Assembly: GCA_964016885.1 (NCBI GenBank)
Contig: OZ024740.1
Location: 41,044,001 to 41,108,000 of the forward strand
Length of the DNA: 64,000 bases
Direction: 5' to 3'
Source: Eledone cirrhosa
Taxonomy: Eukaryota
Below, piece after piece: positions 29,045 to 41,600 of the stretch. A model generated the notes under the pieces. It was not told the origin of the DNA. It did not search any database and was given only the letters and a program-made list of their open reading frames with translations. The translations under genes were made by a program, and so were the position numbers. Within the stretch, counting starts at the first letter, position 1. Each line of letters starts with the position of its first letter.

Positions 29045-30415
29045 AACATCATCATCATCGTTTAACGTCCATGTTCCACGCTTGCATGGGTTTGGACGGG
29101 AGTTTTCCCACTTGAGGCAAGAGTGGTTGTCTTGCTCGCATAGGACTGTCTGGCGGGTTTTCTACAGCTGGATGCCCTTCCTAACACCAACCACATTTAC
29201 AGTGTGGGACTGTTAAGTTTTTACCGTGTTGCCTACACGGCCACATTACAGCGTGGACTGTGTGTTTTTTTGTCGTGACACCTACACAATTTCATTTGTT
29301 TTGGCCTGGATGTTGTGGCACCAACATAACTTTACATTGAAGGGGGCGGTGTGGATGAGGTGGGGGTGGTGGGACGGGGGTGTATTTTGTTAGAGATGTC
29401 TACTGACTGTAGTAGGTTTTACTTTGTATTTAGGCAAGGCGGGTCTTCTCTATTACTGAGTACCGCCAAAGATCTCGGTCCAGTGACATTGTCTTGGAGA
29501 GGTGTAAGTGTGTGAGGTCAGAATTTATCAGCTCATCCCAGGTTTTTCTGGGTCTGCCTACTCTGTGGCTACTGTCTATCTTTATTGCCCTGCACTTTTT
29601 TATACAGCTGTCGTCTTTCATGCACATCATGTGACCATACCAACGTAGCCTTCTCTAGAGTAAACAACATCTGATCCCTCTTATTTCTAATTTTTCCCTT
29701 AGTTTGTTTATGCTTTGCCGTTCACGTATATTACTATTACACATCCAGCGGAGCATGCAAGCTTCGTTCCTCTCTAGTCTGCGTATATCCTCTGCACACA
29801 ATGCCCAGGTCTCACTGCCATGCAACATTGCTGTTCGTATGCAGGCGTCATACAGCCTGCCTTTCATTTTTAGGGAGAACCCTTTAGCGGCTAATAGTGG
29901 TATAAGCTCTCTGAACTTTTTCCATCCAGTTCTGACTCTAGCTACTGTACTTTCAGAGCACCCTCCCCCACTGCTGATTTTGTCACCCAGGTAATGGAAG
30001 CTGTCCACTATTTCTATAGAACCCTCTGTGCAATTGAAAGAGCTAGTATTTTGTGGGCACTTGCTGCTACTTATTGCACCACATGTAAAATCTATGTTCT
30101 TAGTTAGCTTACCTGTGATCCCACTACATCTTTTATGCACCCATACTTTGCATTTGGGACATAAAATGGAACGGAGGACTCTGTCGAAGGCTTTCTCCAA
30201 GTCGACAAAAGCTAAGTATAGGGGTTTACTTTTAGCTAGGTACTTCTCCTGTAGTTGTCATACAATGAAAAGAGCGTCTGTGGTACTTTTGCCTGACACA
30301 AACCCGAACTGCATTTCATCTAGATCAATTCTCTCTCTGATTAGTTGCGCTATTAGTTTTTCCGTGACCTTCATGACCTGGTCGATTAATTTAATGCCTC
30401 TATAGTTACTCCTAT
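29045..30415 (-). mobile_element. 5'-truncated, internally deleted RTE-clade LINE (RT fragment, 3' UTR, (GAT)n tail)
   Basis: Minus-strand translation gives NYRGIKL...QFGF...FVDLEKAFDRV, FHYLG, MLHGSETW and GRPRKTW. It is closely similar to the reverse complement of 54375-56170. Probable TSD ATATTTATC at 29036-29044 and 30416-30424. Confidence 0.93.
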
Positions 30416-31062
30416 ATATTTATCTTATATTTATCTTAAAACCTTTCTTCATAATTTTATGAAAGATTGTTTGTTTAGTTATGTTCCAAACACCAACTTA
30501 ATGGGAATATTATATATTTCATTAAATCCCTCCAAACTTTTAATTATTTAAAAATCACAGGGCATGTATTTTATTAGAAATATGCTAAAAAAAATTGGTC
30601 ATTTGACTACATTTCAAAGCTAGGCTAGACTCTATAACTAAAGGGGATTAGTGGCATGATGTCCCCTGCCCTGTAACCAGTATGTTTACAGTGGATGATT
30701 CAATGGACTGGTTTGAGAGAAGAGAAACAACTTTAACTGGAAGTTCTTATTCTGGATACTGGTGTGGTCAGTGGGTCAAGGATTGCCATCACTCTATACC
30801 CTGACAAAAGCATTTTAGTGTGTATACATATGGTTATCGATCATATGTTACTTCTAACAATCACTCTATAACCTTATACTATTATTAACCATTACTCTAT
30901 ATACTCTCAGTTATAAACCATATATATATTATTACTAACTATTACTCTGTATACTCTGACAATAGCCTTTAATGAGTATATTACTTTGTTTATTTCTTTC
31001 CTGTTACTTTGGTTTACTTCCAATAAAAATATTTCAATAATCAATAATTTCTATATTTGAAG

Positions 31063-31172
31063 GCCCAGACTATCATTGGACAACCTAACACAATAAAAAA
31101 ACTTGGCACAACCAGCATCAGTTATGATGTTTTTACAGACTTTTTATATGGTCAATCAGCTGATCGATTCAA
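31063..31172 (+). CDS. DESI1: DESI1-like exon (AQTIIGQPNTIKKLGTTSISYDVFTDFLYGQSADRF)
   Basis: gaag|GCC...TTCAA|gtaagt. Aligns by eye with the DESI1 segment GTLLGPPDSVVDVGSTEV...LFR. The phase-2 end fits the next exon. Confidence 0.9.
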
Positions 31173-31322
31173 GTAAGTCAGTCTCTATTTTAAACCATAA
31201 TTCTCATTTATTGCTGATTAAAAAATAAATGTTCAAACTTTCATAACTGCAGTTATACATTTATTTATACTTAGTCCAATCTTGATTGTCAAACCTTTGA
31301 TTGAAATTATTTCATTATTAGC

Positions 31323-31435
31323 AAAGACATGTGGCTTAGTGGGTAGAGAATTGGATTCACAATCATGAGGTTGTGAGTTCGATTCCTGCGCTGGGTTATG
31401 TCCTTGATCATGACGCTTTATTTCATGTTGCTCTT
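31323..31435 (+). mobile_element. tRNA-derived SINE 5' head
   Basis: A-box TGGCTTAGTGG and B-box GAGTTCGATTCC, followed by non-tRNA body; an inverted homologue lies at 32183-32325. Confidence 0.75.
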
Positions 31436-31730
31436 TCTGTCAGGAGTTGCAACTGGTAGATAGTATCAGCAATTGGAAAGACCAATGGAAACATTGTTTT
31501 CATGGTTCGATCTGACAAGTTCCACCTCACTCAGTAAGTGAATGAGGCCTGGGAGCTTGTCGATTCAGATCACTTCATTATTACCCTTATAATTTCTGAC
31601 AAGTATATCACTCTCTCCAGTAAATCATCTCCTTTACAAAATATCCAGTAGTAAAAAGAAAAATGTACAATATACATGGTAATAAGGAAACAAACAAAAA
31701 AGAGAGGAAAATAATAAAAAAAAAAAGGAA

Positions 31731-31965
31731 TTAAGCAATGAAAGAAAGGAAAAGGGAGAGGTAACGAAAGACTCTACACCTCAGTCTGAGTGGTGTTTCA
31801 GATAAAGTTGCAAAGGTATTGCCATAGAGAGTAGCCAGCAACATCCACTGCAACAGCCACTCAACCTCACAGGATTCCTTCCCCAGGTGGGTTGCTGTCT
31901 TTCCAATTTTATGAAGGAAATCAGCAGTGCAGGGACCAAGGTCACCCGAGGTCTCCATGGTGACC
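31731..31965 (-). mobile_element. 3' fragment of an RLE-type non-LTR retrotransposon (CRE-like)
   Basis: Translation ETSGDLGPCTADFLHKIGK...EWLLQWMLLATLYGN resembles the ETxGxxG...FLxxLG...LxQRLSxAxxRGN C-terminus of CRE-like elements (recognised by eye). Confidence 0.5.
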
Positions 31966-31989
31966 AGTATGAAAATGAAGTGGTTTGTT

Positions 31990-32156
31990 TCATCATTTCA
32001 TTTTACGTCCACTTTTTCCCTGCTTGCAAGGGTGGGACGGGAACTGATTCTGGCTTGATTTCTACAGCTGGATGCCCTTCCTAACACCAACCTCATTTAC
32101 AGTGAGTGCTGGGTGCTTTTTTGCCGTGGCACCTCCACGACCACTTTGCAGTGGAA
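31990..32156 (-). mobile_element. Short element carrying the RTE-type 3' tail
   Basis: Contains TTTCTACAGCTGGATGCCCTTCCTAACACCAAC, shared with the RTE 3' UTRs; reverse complement of part of 52429-52594. Confidence 0.8.
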
Positions 32157-32182
32157 TGATAGGGATCTCAGTCCCTATCATC

Positions 32183-32325
32183 TCATTTCTACAGCTGAGT
32201 AAACTGGAGCAATGTGAAATAAAGTGTCTTGCTCAAGGAAACAACACATCACCCGGTCTGAGAATTGAACTCACAACCTTTCGATTGCAAGGCCAATGCT
32301 CTAACCACTAAGCCATGTGCCTCCA
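32183..32325 (-). mobile_element. tRNA-derived SINE 5' head
   Basis: The reverse complement begins GGAGGCACATGGCTTAGTGGTTAGAGC...GTGAGTTCAATTCT (A and B boxes). Confidence 0.8.
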
Positions 32326-32391
32326 TTTGTTTGTTAGATATAAATATTTTGTTCTTTTTTATTTGACTCTTATATTCCCTCTCTTTTACAG

Positions 32392-32514
32392 ACCAGAGAA
32401 TTACAACCTGTTTGAACACAATTGTAACACTTTTAGCAATGAAGTGGCACAGTTTTTGACCGGTAATAAAATTCCCTCCTATATCATTGATCTACCTGCT
32501 GAAGTTGCTAACAC
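32392..32514 (+). CDS. DESI1: DESI1-like exon with the catalytic Cys ([40 protein letters not shown])
   Basis: Pyrimidine tract and tacag| acceptor, AC|gtaagt donor. [21 protein letters not shown] is the PPPDE/DeSI-1 active-site motif. Confidence 0.97.
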
Positions 32515-32803
32515 GTAAGTTTGCATTCATCATCATCATCATCATCACCCGTTAACATCTATTTTGCATGCTTGCATGGGTTAGACAGTTGTTGTGTGAT
32601 GAGGCCAGACTGGTCAGGTGGCTAGGTCCTGCTTGTGCTCTTTATTTTGGCTTAGTTTCTATGGCTGGTTTAATTTCAACTTTTCATTAGATTTTCTGAT
32701 TGATTTATTTATTTAGTTTTATTGGTTTCCAATAATTGGACTATGGCTATGCTGGGGTGGCACCTTTTAAGAGTTTTAATCAATTATTTGAACCCACTAC
32801 TTA

Positions 32804-32966
32804 CCGTATTTCCCGGCGCCGAAGAATCTTCATCTTCGAGGACGCACCCCAATTTTGACAACCAAAAATTTGAAAAAAAATAAGGGACAACCTTTAGCCT
32901 CCAGAACGCATGGTAGATTTTTGAGACTTATCTTAGGAAAAAAAGTAGGGACGCCGGGAAATACGG
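32804..32966. mobile_element. Tc1/mariner (pogo-type) MITE
   Basis: 15-bp perfect TIRs CCGTATTTCCCGGCG / CGCCGGGAAATACGG with TA on both sides; it interrupts an older SINE-like relic (~32720-33105). Confidence 0.85.
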
Positions 32967-33404
32967 TAATATGGTACTTAGATAACAAAGTATTGGTCAA
33001 CTGAATGCTATGGTAGAAGGCAGTTGCCTGACCAGCTGTACAATGGGACTGAATCCAGAACTAAGTGGTTATGAAGGGAACTTCTTAACCACTCAACCAT
33101 ACCTCTGTCATACATATATTTCTTCATAGTTATACTTTGTTTTTACTCACGCACACGCACAATAGAAATAGCAATGCAATTGCCAACAACAGTGCTGGTG
33201 CCATAGTAAAATGCATCAAGTACACTCTGTAAACTGGTTGATGATAGGAAAGGCATCCACCTGTAGAAAACATACCAAAAAAAGGTTTGAGAGATCTCTT
33301 CAGTTGTGACAACCTCTCTAGTGTTGGTGTCATAATAAAACACACCCATATTAAACAAAGTGTAAAGAGACTGACCTGGGGTTAAACATGTGTATATAAG
33401 AATA

Positions 33405-33760
33405 ATATGCTGTGTGTATATTTGGATATACACACTATATTCTTCTTATATATACACTGTATATATGACAATAATATATAGTGTAATGTATGTATAACAC
33501 CTTGTTTATGCTACTATGTTGAAATGTGTCTGTGAGAGAGTGTTGGTTGTGTATGTATGAGATAGTGTGTGAGTATGTGTGTGTTTGTGTATATGGGTGT
33601 CTATGTGTATGCCTCTGTGTCTGTCTATGTGTGTGCATGTTTACATGTGTATGTGTGTGAGAGTGTATATGTCTGTGTGTGTCTGTCTCTGCATGAGTGT
33701 GTGTGCATCTGTGTATGTATGTGTGTTTGTGTATGTCTTGTGTGTATGTGAGTGTGTGTT
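33405..33760. repeat. Degenerate (TG/TA)n low-complexity tract
   Basis: Seen directly. Confidence 0.85.
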
Positions 33761-33887
33761 AAATAAGATAAAACTGCACTGCCTTTCTGTTTCTTTATAT
33801 ACAACCATCTGTGATAAATCTTAAGTGTATCAGAAGTGTTCTCAAGTAGAGTAGCCTGTCTTCCTATTTACATATAACTATATAGAA

Positions 33888-34045
33888 CAGGCATGTCAAA
33901 CATGCGGCCCTTTACAAGCACACCTGTGGCCAGCACAAATGTTTTTACAGCGTGAGTGTAATATAAAATAAAATATTAGTTGTCATTGGTGGCCCTTAGA
34001 CAACACATATGTGACCTTTGGGGGACCCTCAGTTTGACATGCCTG
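33888..34045. mobile_element. hAT (Charlie-like) MITE
   Basis: 14-bp TIRs CAGGCATGTCAAAC / GTTTGACATGCCTG; 8-bp TSD ATATAGAA at 33880-33887 and 34046-34053. Confidence 0.9.
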
Positions 34046-34300
34046 ATATAGAATGTTTATTAATAACAACTACAGCAACAACAACATACAACATTGTATA
34101 TAGCCTGTCTTCCTCGGTAAATAGGAAGACAAGCTATATATAATGTTGTATAAACATTCTAACTTTATATAATGTTTATCAACACCATTATATATAGGCT
34201 GTCATCTTATTTACATATAACCATATAGAATAATAATCATCATCATCAACAACAACAACATTGTATATAGCCTATCTTCTTATTTACATATAACCATATA

Positions 34301-34495
34301 TAATTGTTTCTACTTTTGGCACAAGGCTAGCAATTACCCCAGTGCATTACTGGTGCTTTATTTTATCGACCCCGTAAGGATGAAAGGCAAAGTTAACCTT
34401 GGCGGGATTTGAACCCAGAACGTAAAGGGCCATAACTCTATGCTGCAAAGCATGGTGTCTGGCCCTCTACTGATTCTACTGCCAATCCACTGCCT
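34301..34495 (-). mobile_element. SINE of the family with core GACTTTGCCTTTCATCC...GGGGTCGATAAAATAA
   Basis: Reverse complement of 45306-45485; B-box-like GGTTCAAATCC on the minus strand. Confidence 0.85.
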
Positions 34496-34772
34496 AACAG
34501 TGTTTAACAACAACAACATAGTATCTCACTTTATGAATCTTGCTCATTAAATTTTCTGCTAATGAGCAAACAGCTATTCTATTTACTTAATACATCAGTC
34601 AATACTTTGTCTCAGGCAGACATCTGTTACACTTGAAATATATGTCCTCTTTCTGTGTGGTATGAAGGCGATTTAGCTGCTATTTTCAGCAGTTTGAACC
34701 ACTTCAGAGACACTCACTCATTGGTTTAATATATTTCCATATATTTTTTATATTTCGTTTATTTTTTATAGT

Positions 34773-35565
34773 CTACTAGCAGCAGTACCCAGCGTTGCCG
34801 GGGTAGGTAAAATAATATCTGCTTTGATGAAAAGGTGTTGATCTTAGTGACTGCTTCTCGATGACTCATCTATGGCCACACACAGGCCATGCGGGGGAGG
34901 GTGGTGATGACCTCTATCACTGAGAAACGCGGGTGACTGACGAAGGGGCATGCTGGAGGAGGGAGGTAATGACCTCTAACACTAAGCCAAATTTCCTCAC
35001 GCTACTTAATTGGAAACCGATGAATTCTCAAAAACACAACTAAAAACTCAGACGACGTCAGTAGCCATCGTTTTGCCTTTGACCATCTATAAGATGTGCA
35101 ATGATAGGTTCTATCGTAGTATAAAAGTTGAACCAAATAAATTGATTTATGCGCGAGGTGGAGCCGAAGTTTCGAATTTGAACAAAATCGGTTGAAAAAT
35201 GTGGGAGCTAATGATAGGTTCTATCGTAGTATAAAAGTTTAACCAAATCAATTGATTTATGTGTAAGATGGAGCCGAAGTTTCGAATTTGAACGAAATCG
35301 GTTGAAAAATGTGGGAGCTAGAGCCGAAAAGGCGGAAATTTGAGCGAAAAGGTGGTATTTTCGAATATTTATGCGGCTGCCACGCCGTTCCTGAACAAAA
35401 GATCCAAAATGTAAAGCCACTTTAAGACGTAAAATAATCAGATCTAGCGTAGTATAAAATTTGAACAAAGTAGGTTGATTAATGTGGGAGCTAGAGCCAA
35501 AAAAGTGGAAAAATTTGAGTCTAAAAATGGTATTTTTGAATATTTAAGTGGCTGCCACGTTGCTG
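34773..35565. mobile_element. DINE/HINE-like (Helitron/Helentron-related) non-autonomous element with internal tandem duplication
   Basis: Begins ACTAGCAGCAGTACCCAGCGTTGCCGGGGTA and has repeated AAAATCGGTTGAAAAATGTGGGAGCTAG modules, including a ~109-bp tandem duplication (35100-35318). Family assignment is by resemblance only. Confidence 0.55.
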
Positions 35566-35639
35566 TCTTTTGTAATTGTTTCTTTGACATGCATGCAAAA
35601 TTTAGAAATCAAGTTCTGGTCACACATAAATGACATGGT

Positions 35640-38600
35640 TGTAACTGGTCAAGTTGATAGTATTGTGGTATTGTAACTGGTCAAGGTAATAGTGTTGTGG
35701 TATTGCAGGTGATCAAGGTAATAGTGTTGTGGTATTGTAACTGGTCAAGTTGATAGTATTGTGGTATTGTAACTGGTCAAGTTGATAGTATTGTGGTATT
35801 GTAACTGGTCAAGTTGATAGTATTGTGGTATTGTAACTGGTCATGGTAATAGTGTTGTGGTCAAGTTGATAGTGTTGTGGTATTGTAACTGGTCAAGGTA
35901 ATAGTGTTGTGGTATTGCAGGTGATCAAGGTAATAGTGTTGTGGTATTGTAACTGGTCAAGTTGATAGTATTGTGGTATTGTAACTGGTCAAGTTGATAG
36001 TATTGTGGTATTGTAACTGGTCAAGTTGATAGTATTGTGGTATTGTAACTGGTCATGGTAATAGTGTTGTGGTCAAGTTGATAGTGTTGTGGTATTGTAA
36101 CTGGTCAAGGTAATAGTGTTGTGGTATTGCAGGTGATCAAGGTAATAGTGTTGTGGTATTGTAACTGGTCAAGTTGATAGTATTGTGGTATTGTAACTGG
36201 TCAAGTTGATAGTGTTGTGGTATTGTAACTGGTCAAGGTAATAGTGTTGTGGTATTGCAGGTGATCAAGGTAATAGTGTTGTGGTATTGTAACTGGTCAA
36301 GGTAATAGTTTTGTGGTATTGTAACTGGTCAAGGTAATAGTGTTGTGGTATTGTAACTGGTCAAGGTAATAGTGTTGTGGTATTGTAACTGGTCAAGGTA
36401 ATAGTGTTGTGGTATTGTAACTGGTCAAGGTAATAGTGTTGTGGTATTGCAGGTGATCAAGGTAATAGTGTTGTGGTATTGTAACTGGTCAAGGTAATAG
36501 TGTTGTGGTATTGCAGGTGATCAAGGTAATAGTGTTGTGGTATTGTAACTGGTCAAGGTAATAGTGTTGTGGTATTGTAACTGGTCAAGGTAATAGTGTT
36601 GTGGTATTGTAACTGGTCAAGGTAATAGTGTTGTGGTATTGCAGGTGATCAAGGTAATAGTGTTGTGGTATTGTAACTGGTCAAGGTAATAGTGTTGTGG
36701 TATTGTAACTGGTCAAGGTAATAGTGTTGTGGTATTGCAGGTGATCAAGGTAATAGTGTTGTGGTATTGTAACTGGTCAAGGTAATAGTGTTGTGGTATT
36801 GCAGGTGATCAAGGTAATAGTGTTGTGGTATTGTAACTGGTCAAGGTAATAGTGTTGTGGTATTGTAACTGGTCAAGGTAATAGTGTTGTGGTATTGTAA
36901 CTGGTCAAGGTAATAGTGTTGTGGTATTGCAGGTGATCAAGGTAATAGTGTTGTGGTATTGTAACTGGTCAAGGTAATAGTGTTGTGGTATTGTAACTGG
37001 TCAAGGTAATAGTGTTGTGGTATTGTAACTGGTCAAGTTGATAGTGTTGTGGTATTGTAACTGGTCAAGGTAATAGTGTTGTGGTATTGTAACTGGTCAA
37101 GGTAATAGTGTTGTGGTATTGTAACTGGTCAAGGTAATAGTGTTGTGGTATTGTAACTGGTCAAGATAATAGTGTTGTGGTATTGTAACTGGTCAAGGTA
37201 ATAGTGTTGTGGTATTGTAACTGGTCAAGGTAATAGTGTTGTGGTATTGTAACTGGTCAAGGTAATAGTGTTGTGGTATTGTAACTGGTCAAGATAATAG
37301 TGTTGTGGTATTGTAACTGGTCAAGGTAATAGTGTTGTGGTATTGCAGGTGGTCAAGGTAATAGTGTTGTGGTATTGTAACTGGTCAAGGTAATAGTGTT
37401 GTGGTATTGTAACTGGTCAAGGTAATAGTGTTGTGGTATTGTAACTGGTCAAGATAATAGTGTTGTGGTATTGTAACTGGTCAAGGTAATAGTGTTGTGG
37501 TATTGTAACTGGTCAAGGTAATAGTGTTGTGGTATTGTAACTGGTCAAGGTAATAGTGTTGTGGTATTGTAACTGGTCAAGGTAATAGTGTTGTGGTATT
37601 GTAACTGGTCAAGATAATAGTGTTGTGGTATTGTAACTGGTCAAGGTAATAGTGTTGTGGTATTGTAACTGGTCAAGGTAATAGTGTTGTGGTATTGTAA
37701 CTGGTCAAGGTAATAGTGTTGTGGTATTGTAACTGGTCAAGGTAATAGTGTTGTGGTATTGTAACTGGTCAAGGTAATAGTGTTGTGGTATTGTAACTGG
37801 TCAAGGTAATAGTGTTGTGGTATTGTAACTGGTCAAGGTAATAGTGTTGTGGTATTGTAACTGGTCAAGGTAATAGTGTTGTGGTATTGTAACTGGTCAA
37901 GGTAATAGTGTTGTGGTATTGCAGGTGGTCAAGGTAATAGTGTTGTGGTATTGTAACTGGTCAAGCTAATAGTGTTGTGGTATTGTAACTGGTCAAGGTA
38001 ATAGTGTTGTGGTATTGCAGGTGGTCAAGGTAATAGTGTTGTGGTATTGTAACTGGTCAAGGTAATAGTGTTGTGGTATTGTAACTGGTCAAGGTAATAG
38101 TGTTGTGGTATTGTAACTGGTCAAGGTAATAGTGTTGTGGTATTGTAACTGGTCAAGGTAATAGTGTTGTGGTATTGCAGGTGGTCAAGGTAATAGTGTT
38201 GTGGTATTGTAACTGGTCAAGGTAATAGTGTTGTGGTATTGTAACTGGTCAAGGTAATAGTGTTGTGGTATTGCAGGTGGTCAAGGTAATAGTGTTGTGG
38301 TATTGCAGGTGGTCAAGGTAATAGTGTTGTGGTATTGTAACTGGTCAAGGTAATAGTGTTGTGGTATTGTAACTGGTCAAGGTAATAGTGTTGTGGTATT
38401 GTAACTGGTCAAGGTAATAGTGTTGTGGTATTGCAGGTGGTCAAGGTAATAGTGTTGTGATATTGTAACTGGTCAAGCTAATAGTGTTGTGGTATTGTAA
38501 CTGGTCAAGGTAATAGTGTTTTGGTATTGCAGGTGGTCAAGGTAATAGTGTTGTGGTATTGTAACTGGTCAAGGTAATAGTGTTGTGGTATTGTAACTGG

Positions 38601-41600
38601 TCAAGGTAATAGTGTTGTGGTATTGTAACTGGTCAAGGTAATAGTTTTGTGGTATTGTAACTGGTCAAGGTAATAGTGTTGTGGTATTGTAACTGGTCAA
38701 GGTAATAGTGTTGTGGTATTGCAGGTGGTCAAGGTAATAGTGTTGTGGTATTGCAGGTGATCAAGGTAATAGTGTTGTGGTATTGTAACTGGTCAAGGTA
38801 ATAGTGTTGTGGTATTGCAGGTGGTCAAGGTAATAGTGTTGTGGTATTGCAGGTGATCAAGGTAATAGTGTTGTGGTATTGTAACTGGTCAAGGTAATAG
38901 TGTTGTGGTATTGTAACTGGTCAAGGTAATAGTGTTGTGGTATTGTAACTGGTCAAGGTAATAGTGTTGTGGTATTGTAACTGGTCAAGGTAATAGTTTT
39001 GTGGTATTGTAACTGGTCAAGGTAATAGTGTTGTGGTATTGTAACTGGTCAAGGTAATAGTGTTGTGGTATTGTAACTGGTCAAGGTAATAGTGTTGTGG
39101 TATTGTAACTGGTCAAGCTAATAGTGTTGTGGTATTGTAACTGGTCAAGGTAATAGTGTTGTGGTATTGTAACTGGTCAAGGTAATAGTGTTGTGGTATT
39201 GTAACTGGTCAAGGTAATAGTGTTGTGGTATTGCAGGTGATCAAGGTAATAGTGTTGTGGTATTGTAACTGGTCAAGGTAATAGTGTTGTGGTATTGCAG
39301 GTGATCAAGGTAATAGTGTTGTGGTATTGTAACTGGTCAAGGTAATAGTGTTGTGGTATTGTAACTGGTCAAGGTAATAGTGTTGTGGTATTGTAACTGG
39401 TCAAGGTAATAGTGTTGTGGTATTGCAGGTGATCAAGGTAATAGTGTTGTGGTATTGTAACTGGTCAAGGTAATAGTGTTGTGGTATTGTAACTGGTCAA
39501 GTTGATAGTGTTGTGGTATTGTAACTGGTCAAGTTGATAGTGTTGTGGTATTGTAACTGGTCAAGGTAATAGTGTTGTGGTATTGTAACTGGTCAAGGTA
39601 ATAGTGTTGTGGTATTGTAACTGGTCAAGATAATAGTGTTGTGGTATTGTAACTGGTCAAGGTAATAGTGTTGTGGTATTGTAACTGGTCAAGGTAATAG
39701 TGTTGTGGTATTGTAACTGGTCAAGGTAATAGTGTTGTGGTATTGTAACTGGTCAAGATAATAGTGTTGTGGTATTGTAACTGGTCAAGGTAATAGTGTT
39801 GTGGTATTGCAGGTGGTCAAGGTAATAGTGTTGTGGTATTGTAACTGGTCAAGGTAATAGTGTTGTGGTATTGTAACTGGTCAAGGTAATAGTGTTGTGG
39901 TATTGTAACTGGTCAAGATAATAGTGTTGTGGTATTGTAACTGGTCAAGGTAATAGTGTTGTGGTATTGTAACTGGTCAAGGTAATAGTGTTGTGGTATT
40001 GTAACTGGTCAAGGTAATAGTGTTGTGGTATTGTAACTGGTCAAGGTAATAGTGTTGTGGTATTGTAACTGGTCAAGATAATAGTGTTGTGGTATTGTAA
40101 CTGGTCAAGGTAATAGTGTTGTGGTATTGTAACTGGTCAAGGTAATAGTGTTGTGGTATTGTAACTGGTCAAGGTAATAGTGTTGTGGTATTGTAACTGG
40201 TCAAGGTAATAGTGTTGTGGTATTGTAACTGGTCAAGGTAATAGTGTTGTGGTATTGTAACTGGTCAAGGTAATAGTGTTGTGGTATTGTAACTGGTCAA
40301 GGTAATAGTGTTGTGGTATTGTAACTGGTCAAGGTAATAGTGTTGTGGTATTGCAGGTGGTCAAGGTAATAGTGTTGTGGTATTGTAACTGGTCAAGGTA
40401 ATAGTGTTGTGGTATTGCAGGTGGTCAAGGTAATAGTGTTGTGGTATTGTAACTGGTCAAGGTAATAGTGTTGTGGTATTGTAACTGGTCAAGGTAATAG
40501 TGTTGTGGTATTGTAACTGGTCAAGGTAATAGTGTTGTGGTATTGTAACTGGTCAAGGTAATAGTGTTGTGGTATTGCAGGTGGTCAAGGTAATAGTGTT
40601 GTGGTATTGTAACTGGTCAAGCTAATAGTGTTGTGGTATTGTAACTGGTCAAGGTAATAGTGTTTTGGTATTGCAGGTGGTCAAGGTAATAGTGTTGTGG
40701 TATTGTAACTGGTCAAGGTAATAGTGTTGTGGTATTGTAACTGGTCAAGGTAATAGTTTTGTGGTATTGTAACTGGTCAAGGTAATAGTGTTGTGGTATT
40801 GTAACTGGTCAAGGTAATAGTGTTGTGGTATTGTAACTGGTCAAGGTAATAGTGTTGTGGTATTGCAGGTGGTCAAGGTAATAGTGTTGTGGTATTGTAA
40901 CTGGTCAAGGTAATAGTGTTGTGGTATTGTAACTGGTCAAGGTAATAGTGTTGTGGTATTGTAACTGGTCAAGGTAATAGTGTTGTGGTATTGTAACTGG
41001 TCAAGGTAATAGTGTTGTGGTATTGCAGGTGGTCAAGGTAATAGTGTTGTGGTATTGTAACTGGTCAAGCTAATAGTGTTGTGGTATTGTAACTGGTCAA
41101 GGTAATAGTGTTGTGGTATTGCAGGTGGTCAAGGTAATAGTGTTGTGGTATTGTAACTGGTCAAGGTAATAGTGTTGTGGTATTGTAACTGGTCAAGGTA
41201 ATAGTGTTGTGGTATTGTAACTGGTCAAGGTAATAGTGTTGTGGTATTGTAACTGGTCAAGGTAATAGTGTTGTGGTATTGCAGGTGGTCAAGGTAATAG
41301 TGTTGTGGTATTGTAACTGGTCAAGCTAATAGTGTTGTGGTATTGTAACTGGTCAAGGTAATAGTGTTTTGGTATTGCAGGTGGTCAAGGTAATAGTGTT
41401 GTGGTATTGTAACTGGTCAAGGTAATAGTGTTGTGGTATTGTAACTGGTCAAGGTAATAGTGTTGTGGTATTGTAACTGGTCAAGGTAATAGTTTTGTGG
41501 TATTGTAACTGGTCAAGGTAATAGTGTTGTGGTATTGTAACTGGTCAAGGTAATAGTGTTGTGGTATTGCAGGTGGTCAAGGTAATAGTGTTGTGGTATT

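Noticed and set aside
30640-30680. Possible upstream DESI1 exon with the catalytic His (TGG CAT, 'WH')
   Set aside because: It is preceded by TAG, the following residues (DVPCP) do not match the HTSIVV...FG motif, and there is no pyrimidine tract.
31323-31400. tRNA gene
   Set aside because: A and B boxes are present, but there is no clean acceptor stem and the sequence continues into a SINE body that recurs inverted at 32183-32325.
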